Below the pieces are notes generated by a model, which worked only from the letters and a program-made list of their open reading frames with translations, was not told the DNA's origin and made no database searches. Below, piece after piece: positions 30,101-39,562 of a stretch of 64,000 bases of DNA. A program made the position numbers and the translations under genes. Positions within the stretch are counted from its first letter, which is position 1, and each line of letters opens with the position of its first letter. Source of the stretch: an uncultured Gammaproteobacteria bacterium (GTDB taxonomy: Bacteria > Patescibacteriota > Microgenomatia > UBA12405); assembly GCA_964448705.1 (NCBI GenBank), contig CAYUZS010000002.1, positions 113,577-177,576 on the forward strand, written 5' to 3'.

Positions 30101-31859
30101 TTTTTAGAATGCGGATTGATAAAAATAAAATAAAGACAATCGAGATTAAAGAAATTAAATTACCAAGAATTCTGATAGGAGTATTGTGCAGTTGAAGATA
30201 TATTTGATGTTGACCGGCATCTAAATTGAGAGAGATTCTGCCCAGCAACGGTTCGATTTGATAGGCAAGCGGCTGTTGATAATCGTAAATTTTAAATTCA
30301 GGAAAGGCCAGGACCGAGAGATAAACTACTGCCGGTTTTTCCAAATATATATTAAATAATTGCCAATCACTCCCCTTCTTTTGACCGGTAAGTTGATAAT
30401 CGACATCGGCAGGAATGATTTGATCGACATATTCTTTGGCCGGACCTTTGGGAGCAGTGGAAGCAGTTTTAGGAAGATAATCATAGATACCTCCGGTGAC
30501 CTGATTAATCCACGCCTGACCACTGAATTTTTGAGAATCTGTAATCGGTCCGTAGGTAATGGGAGTGAAATGAGAAATATTTAAGATAAACAGAGCGACA
30601 ATCAGAGCAGAAACTAGGTAAAAGTGTCGGGGTTTAAATTCATGTTTTAAACCAAAGATAACCGCAATAAAACCCGGAATTAAAGAGAAGAAAAATTCGG
30701 ATATATTCAAAAAACGCCATGGAAACTGAATTTTTTGAAGGGTAGGAAATAATTTCCAGATAAAAGTCGAACGTTCATGAGCCATGAAAGTGCTGCCAAA
30801 AGCCATTAGAACTAACAAAATTACGACTGTGTCTAACTTATTTAAACGTTTTTTGAAAAATTTGAACGCCAAAGGAATCATTATCAGCAGAGGCAGGAGC
30901 CAATGAAGATAGCCAACCGAAAACGGCATACCATCATCAGTTCCCCAAACTGAAGGTCCATCACCCCAAAAATTACTGATAAATAGCTGTTTAAGACTGA
31001 CAAAGTGGATGGCGTAAGTATAATAGTTAGTAAACATGGTTTCGATTTGAGTAAGTGAGGATTCAAAAATCACCGGCAAGGTGAAAAAAGCCGAAATACC
31101 AAAACCGAGAATCACTGCCAGGGCTAATTTAATAATTGTTGGGATAAGATCGGTTAATTTTTGACGTTTGGAGACAAAAAGCCAATATAAAGACCAGACT
31201 AAAACAAAGGGAGAAAAGATTAATAACATGGGATTATGAGAAAGCATAAGTCCCGATAAAGACAAAGCCAGGCCTAAAAGAAAACCGATTTTTTTAGTGG
31301 AAATTAATTTTTTAGAAAAATAAAATATTAAAGGAAAGAAAACAGCAGCCCAGGCCTCATTCATGGCACCCCGAACATAAATATTTACGGCATGATAGGG
31401 AGCATATGTATAAAATAGGGCGGACAGTAAACCACCTATTTTTCCAAAAAGAGAACTGCCCAATAAATACATGGAAAAAGCGGCGAGAATTATTTGGAAA
31501 ATTGCGGTTAGTTTGACACTGGTGACAAAAGAAAGACCGAAAACCCGGAATATTTGGCCAACAAGATAGGGTAAGGGCGGATAAAAATTAAAGAGAGGAT
31601 ATCCATAACCATAGCCAAGATCAGGTGTCCAACGACAGGGAATTTGGCCATCATTGAAACATTTTTCCATCTCTAACTGCCTGATTAACTGCATATCGTC
31701 GTGCATATTCCAGTAGATTCCCGGACGCAGCAAAAAGGAAAATGCCGGAATGATTAATAAGAAAAGCAGAATAGGGATAAAAAAACGTTTTTGACTAATA
31801 TTTTGGAGACGGGAGTAAATGGTTTTTAGATTCATAAAGATGTCTTTTAATTTAATCAC
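30072..31859 (-). CDS. GT-C-fold membrane protein ('PTPS-related'/YfhO-like family)
   Basis: HDDMQ...GQIPCRW...GYGYPLFNFYPPL, YVRGAMNE, QFPWRFL; paralog of 11866-13479. Confidence 0.8.
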   Translation of the reverse strand: MIKLKDIFMNLKTIYSRLQNISQKRFFIPILLFLLIIPAFSFLLRPGIYWNMHDDMQLIRQLEMEKCFNDGQIPCRWTPDLGYGYGYPLFNFYPPLPYLVGQIFRVFGLSFVTSVKLTAIFQIILAAFSMYLLGSSLFGKIGGLLSALFYTYAPYHAVNIYVRGAMNEAWAAVFFPLIFYFSKKLISTKKIGFLLGLALSLSGLMLSHNPMLLIFSPFVLVWSLYWLFVSKRQKLTDLIPTIIKLALAVILGFGISAFFTLPVIFESSLTQIETMFTNYYTYAIHFVSLKQLFISNFWGDGPSVWGTDDGMPFSVGYLHWLLPLLIMIPLAFKFFKKRLNKLDTVVILLVLMAFGSTFMAHERSTFIWKLFPTLQKIQFPWRFLNISEFFFSLIPGFIAVIFGLKHEFKPRHFYLVSALIVALFILNISHFTPITYGPITDSQKFSGQAWINQVTGGIYDYLPKTASTAPKGPAKEYVDQIIPADVDYQLTGQKKGSDWQLFNIYLEKPAVVYLSVLAFPEFKIYDYQQPLAYQIEPLLGRISLNLDAGQHQIYLQLHNTPIRILGNLISLISIVFILFLSIRILKNDIHRRRTN

Positions 31860-31886
31860 AGTTTTGTAATTAGTGAAATCAAAACA

Positions 31887-33377
31887 CTATTTGAGCATTA
31901 AAAGCAAAAGCGAATCGCCATCCGGTTTGGGATAGCTCTGAACTAAAATTACTTTTTCCTGTTCGTTTAGATTTAATTTTATACGGCTTTGATTAATCAA
32001 CATGTAGACTTCGTCGCCATGATTCCGGGCATCAACAAGTTTTGAGGGTATTTCCGATAAATCGATTCCAACACCAAACACGGTTAATCGGGGCAGACTA
32101 TCGGTGTAAATTTGCAGACCATCGGGAAGAGTACCGAAATAACCTTCTGTGCCGACGATAACGTTGGCCTGAAGAGATCTGGAAACTAAATATTCTGAAG
32201 CCGATTTGATTCCCCAACCGGAAGTCCATCCCTGAAGATATCCGGATTCAGTGGATGGTAATTTGACAGGATACGGATTGGTAGAGATACGATAGAGCCA
32301 AAATATATTAAGAGAAAGAACCAGAACTAAGATTATTATCTGAGGATAAAAAGATTTGAAATAGCGTTTAGTGTTGAGGAAGAAATAATCGATACCGACC
32401 GATAATAATAAAATTAACGGTGGCAAGGTAAATAGGATATAACGGGCAGTAAAGACTTTGGCGATGATGGCGTTAGCAAATAGAGGTAATATCCACCATA
32501 AAGATATTAATAAAAAGTGTTTATCCGAAACTGTTTTTTTCCCGGAGAGGATAAGACCAAGGACACCAAGCAATAAAAGAGGGGGAGAAAGATATTGACC
32601 GTAGAGATGAACAACATCCCAAAGATGAGGAACCAACGGATCAAAAGGATGTTTTAATATTTCAGAAAAGGACCAAACATAGTCCAGATTTCTGACGGCA
32701 ATTTGACTAAACTGAGGCCCCAGACGAAGAATATTGTAAATTAAAAAAGCTATAAAGGCGGAAAGCAGCGGATAATATATTTTTTTATAATTATTTTTTT
32801 GAAAAAATATAAAAGTGACTAGAGATAAAGAGATAAAATAAATGGCGGGAGATTTGGTGAGCCAGGCAATTCCCAAAACCACCCCTAAAATCATCGACAA
32901 ATCCAGCCGGGGATATTTAGCCAGAAGAAAGGAAAACAAAAGGGATAAGGCCCCGAAAGATGAGAGCAGATTGTCGGGAAGAGCCATACGGTCGAAGAAA
33001 AATACAAAAGGCAAAAATAAATAAATTACTCCGGAAATAACGGCTGTCCGAAAGTTAAAAAACAGTAGAGAAAAAAGATAAAGAATAGAAGTAGTGAAGG
33101 CTCCTGAGAAAACAGAAACCAATCGCCCGGCCAGTAAAGGATCACTGATAAATTTATAGGCAACCGCAGTAATCCACATAAATAAAGGCTGTTTACCATC
33201 TGAAAGAGGAACAAAACGAAGGGTATCAACATTTTTTATGAGTTGAGACCAACGAAGGTAAATAGCTTCGTCACCAAAAACGGGAATAGATTGAAGATGC
33301 TGCAACCTTAGGACAAAGTAAACTACCAATATCGGGAGTAGTGGAAGAAAATGCTTAGGCTTTAGAGGCATAGCCAC
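31887..33377 (-). CDS. GT-C membrane glycosyltransferase (ArnT/PMT_2-like)
   Basis: FGDEAIY, DGKQPL, GRLVS, DRMALPD, LTK, ARY. Confidence 0.85.
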   Translation of the reverse strand: MAMPLKPKHFLPLLPILVVYFVLRLQHLQSIPVFGDEAIYLRWSQLIKNVDTLRFVPLSDGKQPLFMWITAVAYKFISDPLLAGRLVSVFSGAFTTSILYLFSLLFFNFRTAVISGVIYLFLPFVFFFDRMALPDNLLSSFGALSLLFSFLLAKYPRLDLSMILGVVLGIAWLTKSPAIYFISLSLVTFIFFQKNNYKKIYYPLLSAFIAFLIYNILRLGPQFSQIAVRNLDYVWSFSEILKHPFDPLVPHLWDVVHLYGQYLSPPLLLLGVLGLILSGKKTVSDKHFLLISLWWILPLFANAIIAKVFTARYILFTLPPLILLLSVGIDYFFLNTKRYFKSFYPQIIILVLVLSLNIFWLYRISTNPYPVKLPSTESGYLQGWTSGWGIKSASEYLVSRSLQANVIVGTEGYFGTLPDGLQIYTDSLPRLTVFGVGIDLSEIPSKLVDARNHGDEVYMLINQSRIKLNLNEQEKVILVQSYPKPDGDSLLLLMLK

Positions 33378-34125
33378 CCTTGAGGTCGTTAATTTTTATC
33401 CGTAATATTTCTTTGATCATCTGAATTGATTCTTTTTTATAGCGGTCGTCGCCATTACCACCTTTAGTGTTGCTGGTATCTTCGTTGCGCCAATCTACGA
33501 CAATTTCTTTAATTTTATAACCCCATTTTTGGGCCATAAATAACAATTCAACATCAAAAGAAGAGACACGCCATCCTTTCTTTTCAGATTTATCCTGCAA
33601 AAATTGAAGATGTGGAAACAATGACTTGGCAACATCAGTTTTGAACATTTTAAAACCGCATTGAGTATCCCTAATATTCGGCAGCAGAACAAATCGTCGG
33701 AAGGCTAAAAATACCGGACCACCTATTTTTCTTAATAAAGAATAACCTTCACGGGATAAACCACGGGAACCGATGACGACATCATAGTCGGGAAAATGAG
33801 GTAAAAGCTTTAAAACTTCTTTAAGAGGGGTGGACTGATCCATATCGGTAAATAAAACCAGAGGATATTGAGCTTGTTGAATACCTCCCCAAACGGCTGA
33901 AGGTTTACCACCATGAGGAAGGTCGAGAACCTTAAAGCCTGGATGTTTTTTGGCGTAATCAAGAATAAATTTTAGAGAACCATCGGTGGAGGCATCGTTA
34001 CAGAGTAAAACTTCCCATTTAAAATCCCTAGTCTTTAAAAAGTCGTTAACTTCGTCTAAAACTCCCCGCTGAAGATTGTTTTCTTCGTTGTAACAGGGAA
34101 TTACGATAGATAGGCTGTGATTCAT
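33355..34125 (-). CDS. GT2 polyprenyl-phosphate glycosyltransferase (ALG5/DPG-synthase-like)
   Basis: VIPCYNE, FTDMDQSTP, DTQCGFK, FDVELL. Confidence 0.88.
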   Translation of the reverse strand: MNHSLSIVIPCYNEENNLQRGVLDEVNDFLKTRDFKWEVLLCNDASTDGSLKFILDYAKKHPGFKVLDLPHGGKPSAVWGGIQQAQYPLVLFTDMDQSTPLKEVLKLLPHFPDYDVVIGSRGLSREGYSLLRKIGGPVFLAFRRFVLLPNIRDTQCGFKMFKTDVAKSLFPHLQFLQDKSEKKGWRVSSFDVELLFMAQKWGYKIKEIVVDWRNEDTSNTKGGNGDDRYKKESIQMIKEILRIKINDLKGGYASKA

Positions 34126-34154
34126 AGTTATATGATAGCATTTAACTCTTTTGC

Positions 34155-35486
34155 TTATCTCCTAACAAGTGAGTAAATTCGGTGATGAAATACTACCTGA
34201 CTATCTTTTGGCAAGGTATCGTTGGTATAGAGAGTATAGAGATGACCATTGGTAAAAATTTTTGAAGGCCGACGATAAAAAGAAAGTAAATAGTCGAAAC
34301 CAAAATCCATACCTAAGCCAGTTTCGTAAGATAAATAAAAAGGTTGATCCTGAGTTTGGGTAATGAGATATCTGATGACAGTTTTTTTGTCGTTTAAAGT
34401 GACTTGGCCGGAAGATGACGAATATTGTTTAAACAAAACAAAGGCAGTTAGAAATATAGAAACAATAATGATTAAAATAGGATTTTTTAAAAACTTAACT
34501 AATATAAGAGCCAGATAGACGGGAATTAATGAAGTAACCAAAGCGTAATAATATTCAGAGATTGCTCCGTGATAAAAAGATAAAATAATCAGCGGAAGAA
34601 GCACCCAAACAAAGGATAACCAGCGATTTAACTTTGATGACATCAAAAAAGGAGAAACCAGAAGAATAAGTAAAAATAAACTTCTTTCGATGAGAGCGGG
34701 CATAATATTCAACAAAGATAAACTACGCCAAAAACTTCTTAGCCATAAAAACGGGGAATAAATTTGGCCGGAAGAATTAGTGCCGGAGATCAATTCTAAA
34801 ATTTTTTGAGTATTCAAAAAATTATGCCTTAAATCAAAAACAACCAGAGGCAAAAAAGGAATTATAAAAGCAACAATGCCCAAAAGAATTTCTTTGAGTG
34901 AAATTTTTTGCCTGCCGATGACAAAAGAAAAAATAATGATAGGAACCAAAGAAATTGGGACAAGATGAATGTTGGAAATTAATCCGGCGAAAAACATAGC
35001 CCAAATAAAACTAAATTTATGATTGATAGCCTGATAGCAAATATAAAAAGAGATAATGCTGATAAGCGGGGCATACATGACACTCCAACAAGTTTTACCC
35101 AAGATGATGGTTAAAAATAGTGATGCCAGAAAACCGGTTAAAGGATTAAAAATTTTGGAGATAAGTATGAAAGCAGTAACGGAAGTGATGACATTAATTA
35201 AAATTAAAGCGTATTGACCGGCGACAGGATCACCTTTGGTGAAAATATAAAAAGGCAAAAGATAATAATAGTGATACGGACCGACAAAAAAACTATTCTG
35301 ATTGCTGACCTGAGGACCGATTAAAAGAGGCTTATGACGGTCGATCATAGAAACAACTTTGGCAGCATCATCCGCCTGATCCCATTCGAAAGAATAGCTA
35401 GTTGAAACTCTTTGAAAAGAAAGCAAAAAGGAAAAGAGACCGATGATTAAAATTAAAACAAGTCCAAATGACTTATTGTTGGGCAT
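34155..35486 (-). CDS. GT-C membrane glycosyltransferase (ArnT-like)
   Basis: WDQADD...PLLIGP...FFVGPYHYY; multi-TM. Confidence 0.8.
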   Translation of the reverse strand: MPNNKSFGLVLILIIGLFSFLLSFQRVSTSYSFEWDQADDAAKVVSMIDRHKPLLIGPQVSNQNSFFVGPYHYYYLLPFYIFTKGDPVAGQYALILINVITSVTAFILISKIFNPLTGFLASLFLTIILGKTCWSVMYAPLISIISFYICYQAINHKFSFIWAMFFAGLISNIHLVPISLVPIIIFSFVIGRQKISLKEILLGIVAFIIPFLPLVVFDLRHNFLNTQKILELISGTNSSGQIYSPFLWLRSFWRSLSLLNIMPALIERSLFLLILLVSPFLMSSKLNRWLSFVWVLLPLIILSFYHGAISEYYYALVTSLIPVYLALILVKFLKNPILIIIVSIFLTAFVLFKQYSSSSGQVTLNDKKTVIRYLITQTQDQPFYLSYETGLGMDFGFDYLLSFYRRPSKIFTNGHLYTLYTNDTLPKDSQVVFHHRIYSLVRR

Positions 35487-36906
35487 TTAAATTATGAATT
35501 AACCGGAAAACCTTGATGCCATTAATTTCCCATTGGGAGTCGATTTTGGCCCAACCAAAGGCGGCAACATTCCATTCCGGGTTATTAATCGGATTGCAGT
35601 CAATTTGAAAAGGTTCGCAGACAACAAAAAGCTGGTCTGTAACCTGTGAGTCGAGAGTATATAAAGGTGATTGCCATTGATTAAAAAAATATCGATACGG
35701 CGGATCGTAGTTCATTTTTGCCAGCAGAGCAAAATTGAAAGGCTGTTGATTTGAAGCAGCTAAAATTGAGCGATCAATTTCGATGGTAGTAGACAACTGT
35801 TTGGGAGGAGACCAGCGAAAAGGATTTTCCAGGAAAGAAAAAACTGTCAACGAGATTAATAAAGGAATAGCCAGAAGACGAGGCAAACGGCTAAGAAGAA
35901 AGCCAATAAGCATAAAAACTACCGGGAAAAGAAAGGCAAAATAATGGTCGTAGATGTGCTGTTTGTAGAGTCCAAGCCCGACTAATCCGGATAGATACCA
36001 AAGTAAACACACAAGATAGGGATAAAAATGTTTTTTAGAACCTTGTCGAAAAAATAAATAAATAAGACCGACAACAAAGACGATCGATATTATGAGGCCG
36101 AAAGTAACATCTTTACCGGCTAAAAGCCGGGTGTTGACCTGATTAAACAATTCAGGAATAACAGGCAGTGATTTGTAAGCTTTCAAATTAACAGTGGTTT
36201 CTCTTTGAGTAAAAAAGGTAGTTAGAGCTTTAAAATTTTGGCCCTGATGTTTAAGGTCAAATAAAATTTGAGGGGTTAAGGAAAGAATAAAAACCAGAAC
36301 GGCCAATAGCGTTTCTTTAAGATGAAGCCGGGGTTTGTTTTTGAGCCAAATAATAAATGCCGGAGGCAATAAAAGCAGAGCTAAATAATGGGAATTTAAA
36401 CACATGATAAAAGCTAAAGAAGCATAAAGATATTTTTTCTGAGTAACAAAATAAATGAACATAAGTGAAAAAAGAGGCATAACATTGGGATTCCAGGAAA
36501 AATTCGAGTATTTAATAACTACCGGAGAAATAGAATATAGAAAAGCGGATAAATAGGCAGTTTTAGTGTTAAACCAGCGGCGGGAAATATAAAAAATTAA
36601 GGCCACGGTTAAGACGCCCAGGAGTGCCACAAAAACGGCCGGACCGATGGGATTAAAAAAAGCTAAAAGAAGCGAAGGGGCGACAATGAGGTAATAATAA
36701 AAAGGACCGAGATACATATTACCAATACTGGTTTGAGGACCGATAAAAAAGAGATCACCTTTTTTTAGAAAATCACTGACAATAACCACATCCCGTCCTT
36801 GGTCACCTAAAAATTCCATATAATCGGAAACTTTAAAAAGACGGAGAAAAGCTGCCAATACTAAAATTAAAACCAGCAACCAATATTTTGATAAAAATCT
36901 TTTCAT
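35473..36906 (-). CDS. GT-C membrane glycosyltransferase (ArnT-like)
   Basis: GDQGRD...FFIGP...YLGPFYYY, SWNPN. Confidence 0.85.
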   Translation of the reverse strand: MKRFLSKYWLLVLILVLAAFLRLFKVSDYMEFLGDQGRDVVIVSDFLKKGDLFFIGPQTSIGNMYLGPFYYYLIVAPSLLLAFFNPIGPAVFVALLGVLTVALIFYISRRWFNTKTAYLSAFLYSISPVVIKYSNFSWNPNVMPLFSLMFIYFVTQKKYLYASLAFIMCLNSHYLALLLLPPAFIIWLKNKPRLHLKETLLAVLVFILSLTPQILFDLKHQGQNFKALTTFFTQRETTVNLKAYKSLPVIPELFNQVNTRLLAGKDVTFGLIISIVFVVGLIYLFFRQGSKKHFYPYLVCLLWYLSGLVGLGLYKQHIYDHYFAFLFPVVFMLIGFLLSRLPRLLAIPLLISLTVFSFLENPFRWSPPKQLSTTIEIDRSILAASNQQPFNFALLAKMNYDPPYRYFFNQWQSPLYTLDSQVTDQLFVVCEPFQIDCNPINNPEWNVAAFGWAKIDSQWEINGIKVFRLIHNLNAQQ

Positions 36907-37628
36907 TTATGAAAGGTCATGTTTAACCAAAGACGGAAAAGATCAGCGAAACTTTTAATAATGACATTTATATGACGACCGGTGGCGGTGCCGGCATTTC
37001 GGGGATAATGGTGAACACCGACTTCGGTAATTTTGAAGCCGGCTTTTTTAGCTTTAATTAAGAATTCACTGCTGATAAATGCTCCCCTCTCCGATTCTAA
37101 CTTGGGAATGGTGTCGATGACCTTTTTATTTACTAACTTGAAGCCGCAATCGATATCCTTAACTTTTAAACCAAAAAGGACAAAAACGATAATTTCCCAT
37201 ATTTTGGAAGTTAAAATAACAACTTTAGGAACCTGACGTTGGAGATAATAGCCGATAACCAAATCGGCATAAGTGCGTTCCTGAGTATCGATAAATTTGT
37301 CTATTTCAGAAAAATCAAACTGACCATCTGAATCAGTAAAAGCGATCCATTGATATTGGCAGTTATAGAAACCGCTTTTAAAAGCAGCACCATATCCACG
37401 ATTGGGATGATGGGTGACAATTTTGGTTTGTCGGGGATAATCCTGATGAATTTCAGCTAAAATCTCGGCCGTTCTGTCTTTGGAACCGTCATCAATGAAT
37501 ATTATTTCCCATTTTTCGGCTGTTTTTTTAATAACCGGCAATGCCTTTTGAAAAGTGGTTTTAATGTTGGCTTCTTCGTTATAACAAGGGAAAAATACTG
37601 AAAGTTCTTTTAGTCGATGTTGACTCAT
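36903..37628 (-). CDS. GT2 polyprenyl-phosphate glycosyltransferase (DPM1/ArnC-like)
   Basis: FFPCYNE, DDGSKD, NRGYGAA, FTDSDGQF, DIDCGFK. Confidence 0.9.
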   Translation of the reverse strand: MSQHRLKELSVFFPCYNEEANIKTTFQKALPVIKKTAEKWEIIFIDDGSKDRTAEILAEIHQDYPRQTKIVTHHPNRGYGAAFKSGFYNCQYQWIAFTDSDGQFDFSEIDKFIDTQERTYADLVIGYYLQRQVPKVVILTSKIWEIIVFVLFGLKVKDIDCGFKLVNKKVIDTIPKLESERGAFISSEFLIKAKKAGFKITEVGVHHYPRNAGTATGRHINVIIKSFADLFRLWLNMTFHK

Positions 37629-37668
37629 ATTTGAGAGTATAACAAAAACAATTGAGTATCAAGATATC

Positions 37669-37696
37669 TTGACAGAACAGCTATTATTGATATAAT
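37669..37696 (+). promoter_or_regulatory. Consensus sigma70 promoter for the DUF11 gene
   Basis: TTGACA (37669-74), 16-nt spacer, TGaTATAAT (-10 at 37691-96). Confidence 0.75.
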
Positions 37697-37726
37697 ACCC
37701 TATAACGTTTAATTATTACAATATTA

Positions 37727-38359
37727 GTGAATAAAAATAAACTAATTTCTACAATTTGTTTGGGATTAAGCGCGTTATATTTGGCGAGCTTTTTGAATGC
37801 CAAAACTGCTTTTGCCCAGTACTATAGCCAAGGAGAAGGTAGTAAACAGATTATCGTTGACAAAAAAGTACGACCTATAAATGATGATACTTTTTACGAC
37901 AATATTGATCCCGGAAAAAAGACATTTATCGACGGAGAACAATTGGAATTTAAAATTACCGTTAAAAATACCGGTGAACAAATTTTGTACAACATCGAGG
38001 TAAAAGACATCTTACCCCAATATTTAACACTTTTATTTTTTCCCGGTGTTTACAACAAAACTGATAATAATTTGGTTACTAAAATTGATCAGCTTAACCC
38101 CGGAGAAAGCAAAGACTTTTATATCCGAGCCAATATAAGCTCCGTGCCGAAGTCAACAGTCGAAGGTAAAAAATGGCAGCAAATCAATAAAGCTACTGCG
38201 ACCACCGATTCGATCTCGGACAGTGATCAAAGCCAATATTTTATCAGCGGAAAATTGATACCCGCTACCGGTGATGAAGATTTAATGACAAAAACAATGG
38301 GGTTACTGTTGGTTTCAGTGACTGCTTTTGGATTACGTAAACTGGCCCGCGGCTACTAA
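37727..38359 (+). CDS. Secreted DUF11 (Ig-like) surface protein with an LPXTG-type sorting signal
   Basis: Signal peptide ending AFA, 'FKITVKNTG...VKDILP' DUF11 pattern, C-terminal IPATG + hydrophobic helix + RKLARGY. Confidence 0.8.
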   Translation: MNKNKLISTICLGLSALYLASFLNAKTAFAQYYSQGEGSKQIIVDKKVRPINDDTFYDNIDPGKKTFIDGEQLEFKITVKNTGEQILYNIEVKDILPQYLTLLFFPGVYNKTDNNLVTKIDQLNPGESKDFYIRANISSVPKSTVEGKKWQQINKATATTDSISDSDQSQYFISGKLIPATGDEDLMTKTMGLLLVSVTAFGLRKLARGY

Positions 38360-38365
38360 AATCGA

Positions 38366-39556
38366 CTATTTGGTAATTAAACGAAGACTCATAATTAATC
38401 CGGGGCTGTAATGTTGACTGAATTCCTGATCGGCACCATACCAAGGATCGTGAATCTTGTAGTTACCATTAGAACCACTGATAATGACGATAAAATGCAT
38501 CCCGGAAACCGTCCCAGACATTTTTATCTGAGCAATAACATAACGACCATTTTTTAGCTCACTATCGACGGTAGCGGCACTATAAGCCACCTGTTTATAA
38601 CTATAACCATCGGGAGGAATCGGCGGCAAAGCGTAAGCGGTGTTAAAGCGAAAATAACCAGGGGTAGCAGCATACACTGAAGGAGTGATGTCGTGACCGA
38701 GTTTTTTATAGACCATAGAGATACTGGTTAAATAACAGCCGACAGCACCGACAGTATCACTTGAATTACCAATAGTCTGACGACACCAACGAGGATCACG
38801 CTGTGAATAAAAATTACCATCGCTGCCGCCGCCCTGAGCCGAATCAAGACAAGTAGAACCACCGGCTGAACTGGCGAAGCTTTTTAGAGCATTTAATTGA
38901 GAAACCGCTTCGGCCAACAACTGCTCGTATTTTGTCTCGTCATTTTTAGTGGCAGTGAGCAGGGCGTTTTTGGAAGCCTTCTGCTGATCCAAACTTTTTT
39001 GTTGAGAAGCCAGTTGAGTTTCTAAAACCTGAAGTTCTTGCTGTTTTCGCGTTTTTTCGTCTTTTTGGGTATCGTAATTGGTGCGGGTTGTTTCCAGTTG
39101 GACTAAAGTATTTTGACTGTTTTCCTGAATAGTCGCCATGTATTTATATTTCTCCAGGATATTGTTGAAGTTGGTGGAAGTGAATATAGAAAAAGAAGGA
39201 TAACGTTTGGACATTTTGTAGTTTTCCGTTACCTGGCGAATATAGACCGAGGACAATTGGTTTAATGAAACATCTAAATCGCCTATTTTTACAGTCAAAT
39301 CAGCAATCTCTGCTTTCAATGATTTAATGCTGTTTTGAGTCTGAGAAATTTTAAGGGTAGTAAGCTCGATTTGAGAATTTAGAATACTGATTTGATTGGC
39401 AAGAGTGTTTTTGGCTTTGCCAAGCTCGGACAGCTTTTTGGTGTACTCGGTAATTCTTTGATTGATTTCTTCGGCTTCGTCGCCACGAATAGTAGAAGGA
39501 GGGACAAATACAAAAAGAAAGATTAGTGAGAGCAGAGCAAAAAACAAATTTTTCAT
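38366..39556 (-). CDS. Secreted coiled-coil protein (PcsB/CwlO-like) with a C-terminal C39-like cysteine peptidase domain
   Basis: Signal peptide, long heptad coiled coil, then YSQRDPRW...GCYLTS...HFIVI...IHDP; directly downstream of ftsX. Confidence 0.8.
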   Translation of the reverse strand: MKNLFFALLSLIFLFVFVPPSTIRGDEAEEINQRITEYTKKLSELGKAKNTLANQISILNSQIELTTLKISQTQNSIKSLKAEIADLTVKIGDLDVSLNQLSSVYIRQVTENYKMSKRYPSFSIFTSTNFNNILEKYKYMATIQENSQNTLVQLETTRTNYDTQKDEKTRKQQELQVLETQLASQQKSLDQQKASKNALLTATKNDETKYEQLLAEAVSQLNALKSFASSAGGSTCLDSAQGGGSDGNFYSQRDPRWCRQTIGNSSDTVGAVGCYLTSISMVYKKLGHDITPSVYAATPGYFRFNTAYALPPIPPDGYSYKQVAYSAATVDSELKNGRYVIAQIKMSGTVSGMHFIVIISGSNGNYKIHDPWYGADQEFSQHYSPGLIMSLRLITK

Positions 39557-39562
39557 TAGAAC

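Noticed and set aside
11866-31859. Pterin biosynthesis role for the two 'PTPS-related' proteins
   Set aside because: They are multi-TM proteins with a DD loop in a glycosyltransferase island and show no T-fold PTPS motifs; the family name is misleading.
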